A stretch of DNA of 61,913 bases, the filler included, from Diploschistes diacapsis (Eukaryota): NCBI GenBank assembly GCA_023645945.1. It is 5 parts of 5 records of this genome, joined end to end, with 100 filler letters (N's around TTAATTAATTAA, not from the genome) between each part and the next. Parts side by side here need not be neighbours in the genome. Positions count along the whole stretch, not along the records: positions 12,461 to 24,807 come from JALAIB010000755.1; positions 24,908 to 37,198 come from JALAIB010000756.1; 3 more parts are not named here. The stretch is one strand, 5' to 3'. Shown in pieces: positions 22,830 to 36,248 of this stretch. Each line of letters begins with the position of its first letter. Within the stretch, counting starts at the first letter, position 1. The position numbers and the translations under genes are program-made. The notes under the pieces were generated by a model, which saw nothing but the letters and a program-made list of their open reading frames with translations, was not told where the DNA came from and did no database searches.

Positions 22830-24128
22830 ATGCAGCATCAAGATGTCGTGGAAGCTATGACAATCACTTCAGAAACACAGCCGCGAATACCAAAGGAAGA
22901 TGGAGAGAAATTCGGCAATCAGATTCAGAGCGGAAGCTGGAGGAGTGACCCTGACCTTGGGACAATCCGCTCAACGCTAGAGGACGAAAAATGGCTTATT
23001 GTGCTACTCATATCAATCATGAGTACAATCAAGTAGGGCCCTCCACAATATAGCATGGATTGTGTGTTATTGAAACTTCGTAATAGAACCACTGCAACGT
23101 TTGCCCCGACACCTACAGTCCTTCAGATTTTAGCCGAGTTTCATAGTACAGATCAGTCATATTCGACATTCTTGGTCAGCATCTGGGAACTTCGTTGGAA
23201 CTTTGGCCGAGCATTTCGGGCAGCGTCCCGTGTGGCATGTTTGTAATGCCCTTTTCGCCCTCTGTCCTGTGGCTCTTGCTTTAAGTATCGATACCGTCAA
23301 TAGTAATTCTTCCAGAAACACATATTGTCACTATCCTCGAACGTCGCTCTAGAAAGATAAAGGAAAGGAAAACGAGTGGCAGGGAAGCTGTTACTACAGA
23401 TATTGCACAGAAGCGTGGCTTTTCGACCAGAATAATGATGCGAACCCCGAAGATCTGGTACTTCCACCCTGTTGCGCTTGTGATAGCTCTTAATGTGGCG
23501 GTTTTGTACGGCCAGACATATTTGATTCTTCTTACTTTGACTGAAGTTTTCGAGAAGCAATACTCTATCTCAGGAAAAGAAAACGTAGGTGTTTATTTGT
23601 GGGAACAGGTAACTTCAGAATATGCTGCATTGATACAAATCGCTGATGCGTGAAAGACTGGGATATGCAATAGACATGTTCATCGCTGGGAGAGGTTCGG
23701 ATTGGTACATTACGAAAATGGACCACCGCCGAGGTTCGAAGGCGGAGGATCGCATCGCCGTTGCTTCGATTGGCACCCTCCTTTTGGCAGCCGGCCTTCT
23801 TCTCTACGGCTGGTCAGCCCAAGAGAATTTTCAATGGATGGTCCCAATCATAGGCTCAGTGGTACAGTGTATAGGCTATGCAGCCGTAATGGTTGCGACG
23901 GAGACATACTTCGTTGATGCTTTCCCGCTCTACACAGCTTCGGCATCTGGTGCAGGAACGATACTCCGATCTTTGGCAGGCGCCATTCTACCTCTCGCAG
24001 GACCGCCGTTATATGACAAGCCCGGCTTGGGATGGGGTAACTCATTGCTTGCTTTCATTGCATTGCATTTCGTTCCTACGAACTCGGCTCCGATGAGCGT
24101 CAGAACCCACTCTAAGCCACTTTCATAA
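22830..24128 (+). pseudogene. MFS transporter (DHA1 drug:H+ antiporter type), fragmented
   Basis: KWLIV...ILAEFHS...STFLVSIWEL N-terminal remnant. C-terminal half LLLYGWSA...WMVPIIG...YFVDAFPLYTASA...RSLAGAILPLAGPPLY...GLGWGNSLLAFI. Central helices missing, frameshifts present. Confidence 0.8.
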
Positions 24129-24807
24129 CTTCGCAATAGTAGGGGTGCTCGGTGCACTATGTTTTTCGTGTGAGGCGTCTATCACGAGAATGTATTGCGC
24201 AAGAACGATCTTCTCGAGCCAGTTCACGGAGTCTTTACTATATAGACGAGGCAATAAAGTAAGATCTGGATACAGGAGATGTAGAATGCTATCACATCAC
24301 TCCCTATTACTGAACTATTGATGAAAAGTCTTCAATTGTTGTTGCAAGCGCTCAATCGCCGATATTCTACTCTATACGCGTACAGCCTTCAGTGCAGTCC
24401 AACTAGTGAGTCTCTACCCGCCAGCTTGAACATGCAGTAAGACGAAACGTCGCACGGAGAGAAAGGTAGCGGTGTAAAAGTATGTTAAAAGCAGAACTCC
24501 CAAGATTTGAACATGTTGCAAGGCCGTTTATGGAGATATGTGAGCTGTGGCTCTACACACGGACTTACAATATTCCTTGGATATTCCTCGTAAGGCTGAA
24601 CGAGACCGGCAAATGGAAAATAAGAGCATTCTATTTTCATTTGTCTAGATGACCGAGAAGCCACCATCTCAACGCAGTCATGGCAGATTCGAAGATTCAG
24701 TATGTTTGCTCGCCTTTACCGCATTCCAAAGACCTTCCGAAAGCTAATACGTGTACAGAGAACTCATGAACAAGCCGCGCAACGAACTCAAGTAGGGCGC
24801 CCCCGCC

Positions 24808-24907
24808 NNNNNNNNNNNNNNNNNNNNNNNNNNNNNNNNNNNNNNNNNNNNTTAATTAATTAANNNNNNNNNNNNNNNNNNNNNNNNNNNNNNNNNNNNN
24901 NNNNNNN
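24808..24907. other. Artificial contig linker
   Basis: N44-TTAATTAATTAA-N44. Confidence 0.99.
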
Positions 24908-24941
24908 ATATAATATAATATATAATATACGTATATGACAG

Positions 24942-24978
<37 letters not shown>
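24942..24978. repeat. (GTA)n microsatellite
   Basis: About 12 GTA units near the contig end. Confidence 0.95.
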
Positions 24979-25450
24979 GCAACCTGTACTTCCAATTTGT
25001 AGCAGATTCCGAAGCCTGAATTGAAGACCAATTGAAGCATAATACCAAGTCCGCTACTGAGTCGCGTCCTCATTCGCTGGCCGGTATCCTCATCACAGAC
25101 CCCCCCCTATTTCGTAGAGTTCCCAGAATTTGAACCAGCAAAAACCCTTTTTCTTTCCTTTCCCTCCCAGCTTGGGCTTTCTGCTAATATTACTTAGCTG
25201 TCATTCGTTTCTCTGCCCCAAGTCTGCGACTTGCTTTGCAGTTCAACTGGTAGACCTGTGCCTTCATTTCCTCCTTACTCGATACTCTAGACAATTGTCG
25301 TCAGCTCTCCGAACGCATGCTCGGCATACCATCGTGATAGAAGTTGCTCCGACAGGGTGCTTCGCAATGCAGATAAGGCTCTACTCTTACAAAGCCCTCT
25401 GATCCTCTCAGTGTACGACGTCATCTGCCCTATCCTTTAAGGGATAGATC

Positions 25451-28400
25451 ATGTCCAATGTTATCGCTGCAGAGCCACCAAGATCGACTGGCCGAAAGTT
25501 ATGGAATGATCGGCCGTTCTACACCTCGAAGCCGGTAGCGATTTCTACTACCTCTCCTCCAGACCAACGACAGCCTACTGGAGACCTAAAACCGAATCCA
25601 AGAGGATTCCATCAGTCGGCAAGTGATGTCAACCTTCCGGCCACGGCGCACGCCGCTGAGACGAGTGTGCGGGGTGGAAGAGGAGGACTGATGCGTGTAA
25701 TGAGCGAGACGGCTTTGCCTCGTGTGGACCCGCGGGCGAACCCAGACTCACAGGTAAAAGAGGAGGAGCTAAAGCCGTCTGTATCCCAACGAAAGTCGAA
25801 CCGATTATTGAAACAAGCGCCGAAGGTAGCAGTACGGAAATACGCCGTTACTGAATCATCCCTGAACGATAAGTTGATGGAGCTTCCCAAAGCCTATATC
25901 GATGGAAGTAAGGGCAATATTGGCCCCAAGACGAAGTCGTCTTCCTCCCTGTCAAATCTCGCCAAAAGAAGCTCCTGGATCATTGGCTCGCGTTCTCCGT
26001 CTCCTAGTCCTAGTAGAAAATCTTCAAATACTAGCCTGAATAAATTGGAAAAGACGGTGACACCAAAGAAGGTTCCGGGACCGATCCAACTACCAGAACC
26101 GCTCAATAAAGCTGTAGTCGCAAATGGTGAGCTCTCGCCGATCAAGAGGAGGGGGACGTTCAGTAGCACCAAGGCGAAACGACCGCTGAGTGCAATATTA
26201 ACTGGCAGCGCAAGTCCTGCTGTTCCTGCGATACCGAAATCCTATTCAACAGATCGGCTGCCCATGTCTAAAAGTAGGCCAGACGTACCGGATCTTCCGA
26301 CGCCAGTGAGTCGAGAGCGATTGTTGCTAGCAGTTCCCGAAGCGCCTCGGAAGAAGGATGAGCTATGGACCATGTTCCGAACGCTAGATGGGGAGTACGC
26401 AAAGTTCAATTCCAAGCCTGGAACGCTCAAGGCGAATATCATCAGGACATCGTTATTACCGTTCCTCAAAATGTACAGCGATCACCCTTCCAACAAATCG
26501 TTGCGACCTGAAGATTTAGATAGGCGAGTCAACATTCTCAATAAGTGGTGGACAGGTTTACTGGAGATGCTCAACGGAAGAAACGGGCAGTCAGTCTCGC
26601 CGAGTGATCGCCCATCAGTGTTAGATGGCTTGACTGGCATAATGGTAAGAGCGGAGTGGCGACTATCGATGGCTGCGATTTCTTCTAGACCAGACCGCCA
26701 TCGACCCGGTACGATGTCGCAATCAAATACCTCGCTGGAGTCTACTGCTTCGGACTTCTTGGCCGAGTCGGTGCTGCATAACGTTCGCAGCCTCTACGTC
26801 CAGAATCTATCATCGCAAATGGCCTTTGTAGTTGACCGGATGTCATTGAGGACCGTTCCAGCTAGCGTGGTTTCCTTTTGCGGGAAGGCGACCGCCTATG
26901 CTTTCTTCTTCTGTCCAGGGGTAGCAAATATCCTGGTACGGCTTTGGGCGTTGCCTCAGGCGACTGTGCGGCGAGTTCTCGACGAAGCCAACTTTCCGCG
27001 GAATAGTAACCTCGGAATGATTTCAGAGCGGACAACCGGGTATTTCCCTGCTCACCTTCGGCATCTAATCTTTAAGTCTCTGCCACTGCTCATGAGAAAT
27101 CTCCGGAGCAAATCGCCGCAATCCTTGACACTGGACTATATTCCCTGGTACGGCCCCTGGATTGGTCGGTGGACAGGGAGAGACTCGGACTTGCTCTTTG
27201 GGTTCGCTAAGCAATACCATATTCTTGTCTGTGACATGCTTCCGGAACAGGCTACTCCGGAAGAACGGCTCAGCGCTCCTTGTGCTGTCCTTGTCCAGGC
27301 GCAGCTACTCGCTGTTCTGGATGCTACGATACACCGCGGTGCGGTGTCTGCTCAAGCAGAGGCGCCACAGTCCATGACATTTGACGAGATTCTTGGTGCA
27401 GATGCTTCTGCCAATCCATTGCCCGTCCATGCTCCTAACACGGCACGATTGATGGCAGAGAACCGGCTGATAATGTTACTACGAGACTTTCTTTCAAATT
27501 CAATAGCTGTGACTGATGTAGCGAAGGGCACATTTGCTGCTCTGTTCGGGACGCTGTTAAAGGCCGCCACGAAACGGACGTCGCTGCACGATCACGAGGC
27601 CTGTTTCATTTTGTGTGATTTCCTTGAAGAGTCAATGTTCATTCTTGCACGATACCATCGCAGCGGCGAAGATCCAGCCTCTTTCCTCGACTGGGATTTT
27701 TGGTTCGGCGTTCTGAGACGTTTAGGAGATTCAAACAATACTATGACCGAGGTTCGCCTGTTTTCATTTGTGTATAGCCTTTGGGGGTTCATTGCGAAAG
27801 ATCAGAGTAAGAAACGAGATATATGTATAAAGTGGCTGTTAGAGGAGGAATATTTCTACAAACAGTTTAATCACTGGTGTCCCATGATGTAGGTTGGCTC
27901 CTGTCCCTTCCAAGCAGTTCTGACCGGGCTGTCAGCCGTGCTTATTATCAGCGTCTCCTTGTTTGGCGGATTGGGAGATGTGACGGTGAGCCTACAGATG
28001 TAGAGCTGTAAGTAGGACGCGATACATCATGCCAGGCGATTACTTACACACATCATCAGAGAAATATACAAGACGCTCTTACAACGTTTACAACTGGTTT
28101 GGGATCATTTCCTGTACAGACATCGAGAAGCAGAAAAGAAAGGAGAACGACCCCCATCTACCGCACCCGCCACTTCCGCACCAAGTCGCCGTCTCCTCAT
28201 CGTCCGCGACGACAGCGTCCCCTCTCCCGGAGCCGTCTTCTCCGCCCTCCTGGCTTCGGATCCAAATACCTACGAGAAATATACTTCCCTCGAAACTCTC
28301 AACCAACTCGCATCCTTCCCGGACCCTTCTACCCCCAAATCTTCTTCTACCAAAAAACGCTGGACGTTCCTCCGGAACATCAACCCCTTCTCAAGCTCCA

Positions 28401-28933
28401 ACTCCCTCCAGAATGACGTTGCCAAACCTCTTTCTGCCACAGCCACCAGCAACACCGCCATCTCCTCTTCAAAGCGCGACTCCCTCCTCTTCTCCCCCAT
28501 GACCCGTAACTCCCCAACGGGCACACCACCCGGCTCTGGCAGCAACGCCCCCACCACCTCCCGCTCCCGTCCGTCCACTCCTCCCACGGGCATCGCCCCC
28601 GAAGCTCGGACCCACCGCTCCTTCAAATTCACCCTCGAATGGATCGACCGTTCCGTCAGCCTGCGCGACCGAAAACTCTTTACACCACAGCTCCCCCACA
28701 CATCTCGCGCCGTTCTCCAGCGCGATGCGGACGAGAGCGATCACCCGGTCAAACCGGAACCAGGGCAGGCGAGCGCGAGCAAGTATACGGGCGCGGCGCT
28801 GGCGGAGTGGGCGGTGCTGGTGGGCGAGTGCCAGGCCTTTTACGAGAGGAGGAGGATTGAGGGGGTCAGTGCGCCGCGGTGGGTGGAGACGCCGACCTTG
28901 GGGGTCGAGACGTTCAGGAAGCCGCTTGGGTGA
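25451..28933 (+). CDS. DUF1765-family fungal protein
   Basis: Long first exon with Ser/Pro-rich N-terminus, ILNKWWTGLL, FCGKATAYAFFFCPGVA, WTGRDSDL, FLDWDFW. Two short introns near 27889-28059 give FNHWCPMIRAYYQRLLVWR. Last exon ends YTGAALAEW...VETPTLGVETFRKPLG*. Confidence 0.85.
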
Positions 28934-29959
28934 TTCGGGAAGGCGGTGATTGGAAGACTGTCAAAGCATGAGGTTTCGATCTCGATTTCGGGGATATGTT
29001 AGGGCAGACGTCTGTTTCTATTTCTATACGGACTTGGCGCCACGCAATGTCGCGTTTGCATATACGGTTGGAAATTCTTGGAGGTATGGAGGGAAGATAC
29101 AGCAAGAGCGGGCTAGCTAGGCGTCTCGGTCGTACAGTCATGGGTTTTGGCCAATTATGCTTCTTTCTGGTGAAGCGACTTTCTAGATAAAATACCTGGG
29201 GTAGAATATAGGGAAGATCTTCACGGCCATCATTCAGGGTGCGAGATATTAGGGAACTGCAATATACATAAATTGGCTGCCTTGGGTAAAAAGTACACAA
29301 CTTCTAGATACCTTTGATCAACACGTTCCCAATCGACCCCTCGCGATCCTGCCCCGCAAAAACGACGGTCCTTTCCGCTTAAAAGTGGCATCCTAACGTG
29401 GTGGGTTTATCGGATACAAATTTTCACCAGCGAGGCGATATTGGATGATAATTTTTACACACCAGATATACCTTTTGTACTTATTTTATGCCTACACCAA
29501 GCGCGCTCAAGAGAAGACCGTTTGAGTATATCTTATTGTCTGTTTTTTGATCATACTAGATTTGTGAAAGGAAAACTGAGGGCCATTGGATGCCAAGACT
29601 CTTAGTCATTAATTGCTTGGCAACCAGCACGGGATTCGGGCTTATTGAAACTTCTAACCTTTCCTTGCCTTCATCATCATCATCCTCCGAAATGGGTGGG
29701 TTCCGACCCGACCGACCGACCCATCAAAGGAGCTAACGGTCAGCCACTGCGTGCCAGGGAAGAGGAAGAAGAAGAAGAAGACGGCAATGGTCAGACTGGC
29801 CGTACGACTGGCTGCAGTGGGTTTTGGCAGGCACACACAACATGAAAGACAAAGGGAGAGCGGGTTCGGCAAGATAGGAGGAATGCAACAGGAGATTATT
29901 GCTGCGGATGGTTCTTTGGTGGGTGTGATGTGCGCGTTGCGCGCGAGTTGTGTGCGTGC

Positions 29960-30028
<69 letters not shown>

Positions 30029-30042
30029 CGTAGTAGTAGTAG
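29960..30042. repeat. (GTA)n microsatellite
   Basis: About 27 units with one interruption. Confidence 0.97.
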
Positions 30043-30373
30043 CAGCAGTGTGTACCAAAAGGTTCAGACCAGGTTTCCTTGTTTCTTTCTGGCGTGCGAT
30101 TGTTCCTTGCTTTGCTGCTGGCTGCTGGCTATTTATTACGCTAAGCATATAGAGAGATACACTTCTGAGCTGCAACTTGCAACAAAGGAGTGCCCATAGG
30201 CCAGCAAGAATACCAAGGGTAGCCGGGACCAGGTATGGCAGCAGTAGGGACTATAGTTCTATAGCAGCGACAGTAGTCAATCCAAAGGCGTAAGAAGAGT
30301 TGGTTAGCCCAGTGAAGTAAGTTGTGTTGCGAAGCCCCCCTCACTGCTACGTACAGACTACTATGTACAGACT

Positions 30374-30417
30374 TACAGTACAGTACAGTACAGTACAGTA
30401 CAGTACAGTACAGTACA
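30374..30417. repeat. (CAGTA)n pentanucleotide repeat
   Basis: About 8 units. Confidence 0.95.
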
Positions 30418-31144
30418 ACAACAGTACAAAGACAGGAAGTCCGCTGAAGGTTCACCCTTAGTAGTATAGTACGCTTCAGCCCTGTGCCTGCGGCTTTTGT
30501 ATGAGTCCCCCCCTCTGCCCCCTCTGCTCTGCCTTTTCCCTCTCACACAACTTCTCTGCGCAGAGAGAGCCTCTCATACAAAACCCACTCCCACATACAA
30601 AAATTCCTCTACCCAGCGTCTACTACTGCTACTACTGCTACTAGTACTCAGATATTGCCTGTCTCCTTGTTCGGTTCGGGTAAGTTTTTTATATCTTCAA
30701 CTCAATCATCTTCCAAACACGTTCAATTGCAATTCCCACCCAGAAGTCTCTCATCCACACCTCTTCAAATGGCTTTGTTTACCCTTCATTCGCGCCCACT
30801 GGCCTCGCACTCAGGCACCTCGTCGCCCTCTTGTGCGCGTCACACTAACAGAGCTCAGCAAGCCCAGTTAGCTTCAACCAACAGCTTTTTTCTCACTTCT
30901 CGCTCAAGGTACGTGGTCTCTAGCACTTTGCGACCGTGTTGATCTGTCTGCGACGCACTTTGCGCGTTCACCCCGAAGCTCTTTTGAGTCTTACTATACC
31001 CACTTTGGAGCTTGCCCGTGCATGCAACGCGTCAATCTCACCTGGGCGTCATTCACTACTGTTTGAACTGATGCTTCTCGTCGCCATGTCCGTCTGGCTC
31101 GCACTCGTGACACGTCAACTAACGTGACCCCTGCTGCAGACAAT

Positions 31145-31619
31145 ATGCCGAAAGCAAAGTCCTCAACCCGCAAGACCAAGAGCAAGGCCGATGGCGGCAA
31201 GAAGAAGAAGGGTGAGCAGAGCTCGCCAAGCGCAATGCGCAAGTTGCTAACCCTGCACCCAGACCCTAACGCCCCCAAGCGCGGTCTCTCAGCCTACATG
31301 TTCTTCGCCAACGAGCAGCGCGAGAATGTCCGCGAGGAGAACCCAGGCATTGCCTTTGGTAAGTGCCTCCTCAGCCATACTTCGCAGCGTCACACTAACT
31401 CCGTATGCAGGCCAAGTCGGCAAGGTTCTCGGCGAGCGCTGGAAGGCTCTGAGCCCCCAAGAACGTCAGCCATATGAGGACAAGGCCAAGGCTGACAAGG
31501 AGCGGTACGACGCGGAGAAGGCAAGCTATGCCGTAAGTCGACCATCCATCGTGTATCCTCGATAGATACTGATTCTGTGCCAGAGCGGATTGGCTGATGA
31601 GGATGATGACGACGAGTAA
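31145..31619 (+). CDS. NHP6: Non-histone chromosomal HMG-box protein 6
   Basis: Four coding exons giving MPKAK...[50 protein letters not shown]...DKERY...acidic tail. Confidence 0.96.
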
Positions 31620-32912
31620 ACATATGATACTGGAAACATCGATCCTCATGTTTTGCCAGAAGGCTTGCTCGCCAGCCTTTGTCATATTCTTTCGTCTTTC
31701 CATTAGCTGCTTGTTATCATGTTATGATCAGATGGGATCAGTTGGGCTTATGGTGTTGCTCGGGCGGCATGTCCACATGGGACCAGCAGCATCTGAATGA
31801 GGGTAATCGGTTGTGTGAGCGCTTCAGCCAACCCATAAATGCGTCATGGTGGCCATGTAGGCAGAGCGTTGCTTCTGCACTTGATCTTGTGCTGGGTGGC
31901 TCAAATCGTGGGTTGAAGGGGCGGTGGAGACTTCACTGGTACTTGTATTCTAGCTCTGCAATCTAAACTGCGAAACTACGAAAACCAAATCCACTTGCCT
32001 CGTGTTCATAAATCATCTCGGGCGTCGATGTCTTTTAACGATGCAAGCACAGAGCATGATTGACGTAATTGGCGCCGTTTAGCCTTATCACGTCATTAGA
32101 CAGGGGTTTTTGAGCAACGTGAATCGGGGATGTTTCACCGCCCCGCCAAACTGCAATGAATGCACGAGCTGGTCGGGGCCTCTTGACCATTGAATCTACC
32201 AACCGAAGTCTCAACCATGAATGCGCTGGAAATCATGGGCATGGCCGGATCATTGTCCCGCATCCCAAGCGCCCAATTAATTGATGCAAATCGTGTACAG
32301 AGCGGTGAGAGTGGCGCGTTGGAGTATGGCCATAGACAACACCGCCATCTAGTGATTTGAAAGCATCGGTGGGCGAGGCCGCGAGGCTCAATGGAAGAAC
32401 AGTGCCCGGCCCAAAAAAAAAACACCAAAAAACCCCTACATTCATTCATATGTATGTATGCACGGTTCGCAGACCAGAAGCCATCCACAGCAACCATTCA
32501 CAGGGAAGATCGTTGCAACGGACCACTCCACCTTTCATGCACGAACGGCAAATGGGAGACCAGGCATTCGGCAGCAATGTCTCCAGTCCAGCAAATTCCA
32601 TCGCCAAATTCAGGCAGCTACAAAGGCAACTGGTACTAAGTATACTCCGCACAGTGACTTGTCGCGCGTCTGGCAATGGTTGGGGGCGAAAAACTATTGA
32701 GCGGCACTGGTCTTTGATCAAAAAGGCACATTATTCTCGAGTATTCAACCGCCTAGGTGTGCTTGTTGCTGGCAATTTTGGGTTTTTTCCCTCTCGGTAC
32801 ACCGAACAAATTTCCAAATATGAAATTCCTGGCATCCCTTCATCCCTTTATCCTCTTACTACGACCCTCCATTGCCTCTTTCGACAATGCTTGAGCCTGA
32901 GGCAGCAACGAC

Positions 32913-34966
32913 ATGGCAACTGACGGCGCACTAACTGCGAATGCTGAAACTGCTCAAGAGATTGCTCCAGCCTTGCTCCGGTTTCAAAAATACGTGCCGG
33001 AGGCGGCGACTAAGGTCTCAGCACTTGTGTCGGAGCTATATGCCATCAGTGCAGCCTTGCTAGAATTGAAGACTGCATCCAGCGAGCCAAGGAACTACAG
33101 GAATAGGAATCTCATCGATGAAGACAAATACATTGTTCTTCGCAGCTTGGAATACACGTTCAAAGATGTAAACCACTTCTTGCGTGATTTGGAGAGCCGA
33201 ATTTATAGAAGCTATCATGAAGCCTACATGGTTGTGTGGATAAAGATCGACACGCATTTCCGTAATGAGAGTAATAATTCGCTTCTGGTACGCTTAGGCT
33301 ATTACAAGCATTTTTTGAATGATCTGACGCCTATCGTCCTGGGGTATGTATGATCCCGATTGACTCTATATAATTACTGAACATGGTTACAGGAGGCGTC
33401 CTAGTCCCAATATTGACGTCCTCTTCGAGCGCATTGACCGACTACTCTCGGTTCAAGACGACAGACTTGCGCAAGATCTCGAAAACCTTGCACTAGGCAG
33501 TACGCTGAACCTCCACGAGCCTGTGATGATAATCCAGCTGACTCCCCACAGCACCTCGTGTACGTTCATGGGAACGGGTACGTGGAAGGCCTACCGCTTC
33601 CCCTGGGGCGGCATCGAACGGACGTCGCGGAGGAGGCGGAGGAGGCGGCGCAGCCGGTCCCAGCGGCGGACGAACACGTTATCCCTCACCACATTCTCCC
33701 ATATTTCCAGAATCACCCCCGTTTGTCCCGGAACCACCTATCTACATCCCGACTTCCCCCTCGGTCACTACTACTTCCACCACGACCACCGGTACTGCCT
33801 CGACACCCCCTTCCAGTGCTGGATCGGGTATGTGTGACCACTGGCTACCGATAGTTTTTGCACAAAGCCGACCCACCACCGTCTTTCAAACGACGGGTGC
33901 CGAGTCAGTCATATCGGCCCAGCATTATTGATACGAGCCGCTATTGACGTGTGGTAGGTCCCGCTGCTATGGAGAGCATACGTCGGGCGCAACGAGGAAA
34001 TTAAGGCCAGGCTATGACGAGCTGCTGAAGGTGTAAGTAAAAGAGGGAGTTCGAGCGGTCTCTGGCTGATTCCTTGGGAGGCGTTTCGAATCTGGAGGAC
34101 TCGAGATCCGTCTGTATAGTCGGGACAAGGATCGCAAGGCTCGGATCCTTTGCCAAGAGGATCGAAATGGACGTCGAACCACTTCATGCGAGGCAATAAC
34201 GTCTTTGCGGATACTTCGGAAGGACTCTTGCCTGCAACTTTGCAAGCCTGATTGTTGTCGCCGGATGAAGCTGTGGAGCAATTTGAGATTCCCTAGCTAC
34301 GAGCGTAGGTCAGCCACCGCCTATGCATATTCGCTTTAACCGTGGTTCAGGTCTTGCACTCTTCTATTGTACACTTCTCTCGTTAAAATCCCAAGACAAA
34401 GCGAATCCAATGACGCTGTTGGATGACCATGTCCTTCCAGGGGAATCTGCTCCGTTCAGCGCGTGAGTAGACCCTGTAGGTAACTGAGTAGGGCTCTTCT
34501 AACAGGCAACAGCGTCATCATCGACGATAACTTCCCGCATGTACTCCAGATCCTCAAGGACACGGACTCGGGGGGGATGAGGCTTCAAGCATCTGTGTTC
34601 CGCGGTCCCATGAAGCGGTGGGTTTCCCACCTTAGCCCGTCGTTGTCATAGCAACAACTTGCTGACATTGGTAACAGAGCCCCTGTCTGGACGGCTTTTA
34701 TCAACTACAGGATAGCTTCAAGAGCTTGGGTGAGGAAAGTCGAGACTAAGAAGGTACATATAGGAGACCTCCAACGCTACATTTTTTCACCGGATTACAC
34801 ACCTGAGTTTGGACCGAGTGGAGAGCACGAGCTGTGCTTCCTAAAGCCTCGCCGTAAAGATCCTCTCTTGATTGTTCGTTAGAAATCCAAAACTGACCGG
34901 CCTGTACTTCCAGACGCTCAACGCTTCATGGACGTTATCGATGATTTGGCCAAGGGTCGTATTTGA
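32913..34966 (+). CDS. Hypothetical multi-exon protein (about 9 exons)
   Basis: A chain of short GT-AG introns with CTRAC/CTGAT branch sites gives a continuous frame: helical N-terminus, Gly/Pro/Thr linker, then LWSNLRFPSYERLALFYCTLLSLK and IIDDNFPHVLQILKDTDSGGMRLQA...PVWTAFI. Function unknown. Confidence 0.75.
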
Positions 34967-36248
34967 ATACTGACCGGCTCGCAAACGATTTATGGCCCAG
35001 GTACACGAGTCGCATGGAAATGACAGATGGCCTTTTTGCGCACGATGCTGATGAGACACGACTGGTGACGAAATGAAGTATGGATTGAGGAGCACCGAAC
35101 GAACGATCATGATAACGGCCTACTTCATAAATCCCCCAGTTTGCAGCCAGGGGGAGTTTGCGGAGATACCCCCCATTTTGGTTTCTTATTCGAGTGCAAA
35201 GTGTTTTTGGTTTACCAAAGGGGCGTGCGTTCACTTCTTTTTGATGAGGTCAAATAAAGTACCACATAGTTTCTTCTGTTGGGAAAGCTGCTGTCGCTTT
35301 GTTTGGCATAGGGATCGTATCTCATCAACCACCCCCACTTGTAGAGTAAAATATTCACATCGCACGGGGACGTGATCATGAATGGGAAGCAGCACAGTAA
35401 AGTGCATGCTGTTTTCAGACAGCCTAACAGTATACTATCTGCAGTGTGATAGCTCGAGGAGAAACTGTTGCCGTGCCTGATGTGTAGTTCTAAGCACGGC
35501 GTATTATGAGAACCGGGCTAGAGTGCGGCTTCGGCCGACCGATTAGCGGGAGAAGCCAGATGCTTGGCTGTATGGGGGGGGTGGGCCCAGTCCAGCCGTT
35601 AGCGTATTCAAACTCTTTTGTTGGGGGGGCTGGGAGCGTTGATGGGAGAGATTGGAGAGAAACGAAAGAGGATGTGCTAAGAAGCTGTGTGGGTGTATCC
35701 GATCCCGGCTTGCCTTGTTTTCGGTGTTTACTGATTTAGTTTAGTGCTAGACAAGAAGAGCTAGACTGCCAAGGCATCCCTGCACCAAAAACGAACCAAT
35801 CAGGTCTACAGTATATGTGGATCATCCCCAGGTGCAAGGAAGCGAGTTGTGTCTTCAAAAACTCACAAGGAAAACCAGCCATCTAGTCCCCATATCATCA
35901 ATCCAGCTTTGTGCATACCCGCCCCTCTGCCTCAACTGCTCACTGCTCTGCTGCGTTGCTGCTTTCTTCGTCTCTCAACCCTCATCTCTCACCTCACACA
36001 TTTCACCTACCCCTTCCTTCTCTTTCCTTTCCTTTTCTTTCTTTCTTTCCTTCCCTTCTTCTTCTTCCTCCTCAATTGATCCCTCCCCTAGCCTATATCT
36101 TATATACTTATCCTCCTATAATATCTTTTCATCCCCCCATCTACCAGTACCTCCCCTGCTTCGCCATTATCCTTCATCACGTGTAGTGCCAACTTTCCTC
36201 TGCCCACTCGGAGCTCCCACCTTAGCATCCATACAACATCAAGTCAGT

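Noticed and set aside
29654..30199. ORFs with poly-T, poly-V or poly-S tracts
   Set aside because: Translations of the (GTA)n microsatellite.
35817..36248. N-terminal extension of the 455-aa ORF
   Set aside because: Starts at GTG and crosses a CT-rich leader typical of fungal 5' regions. The first ATG is at 36249.
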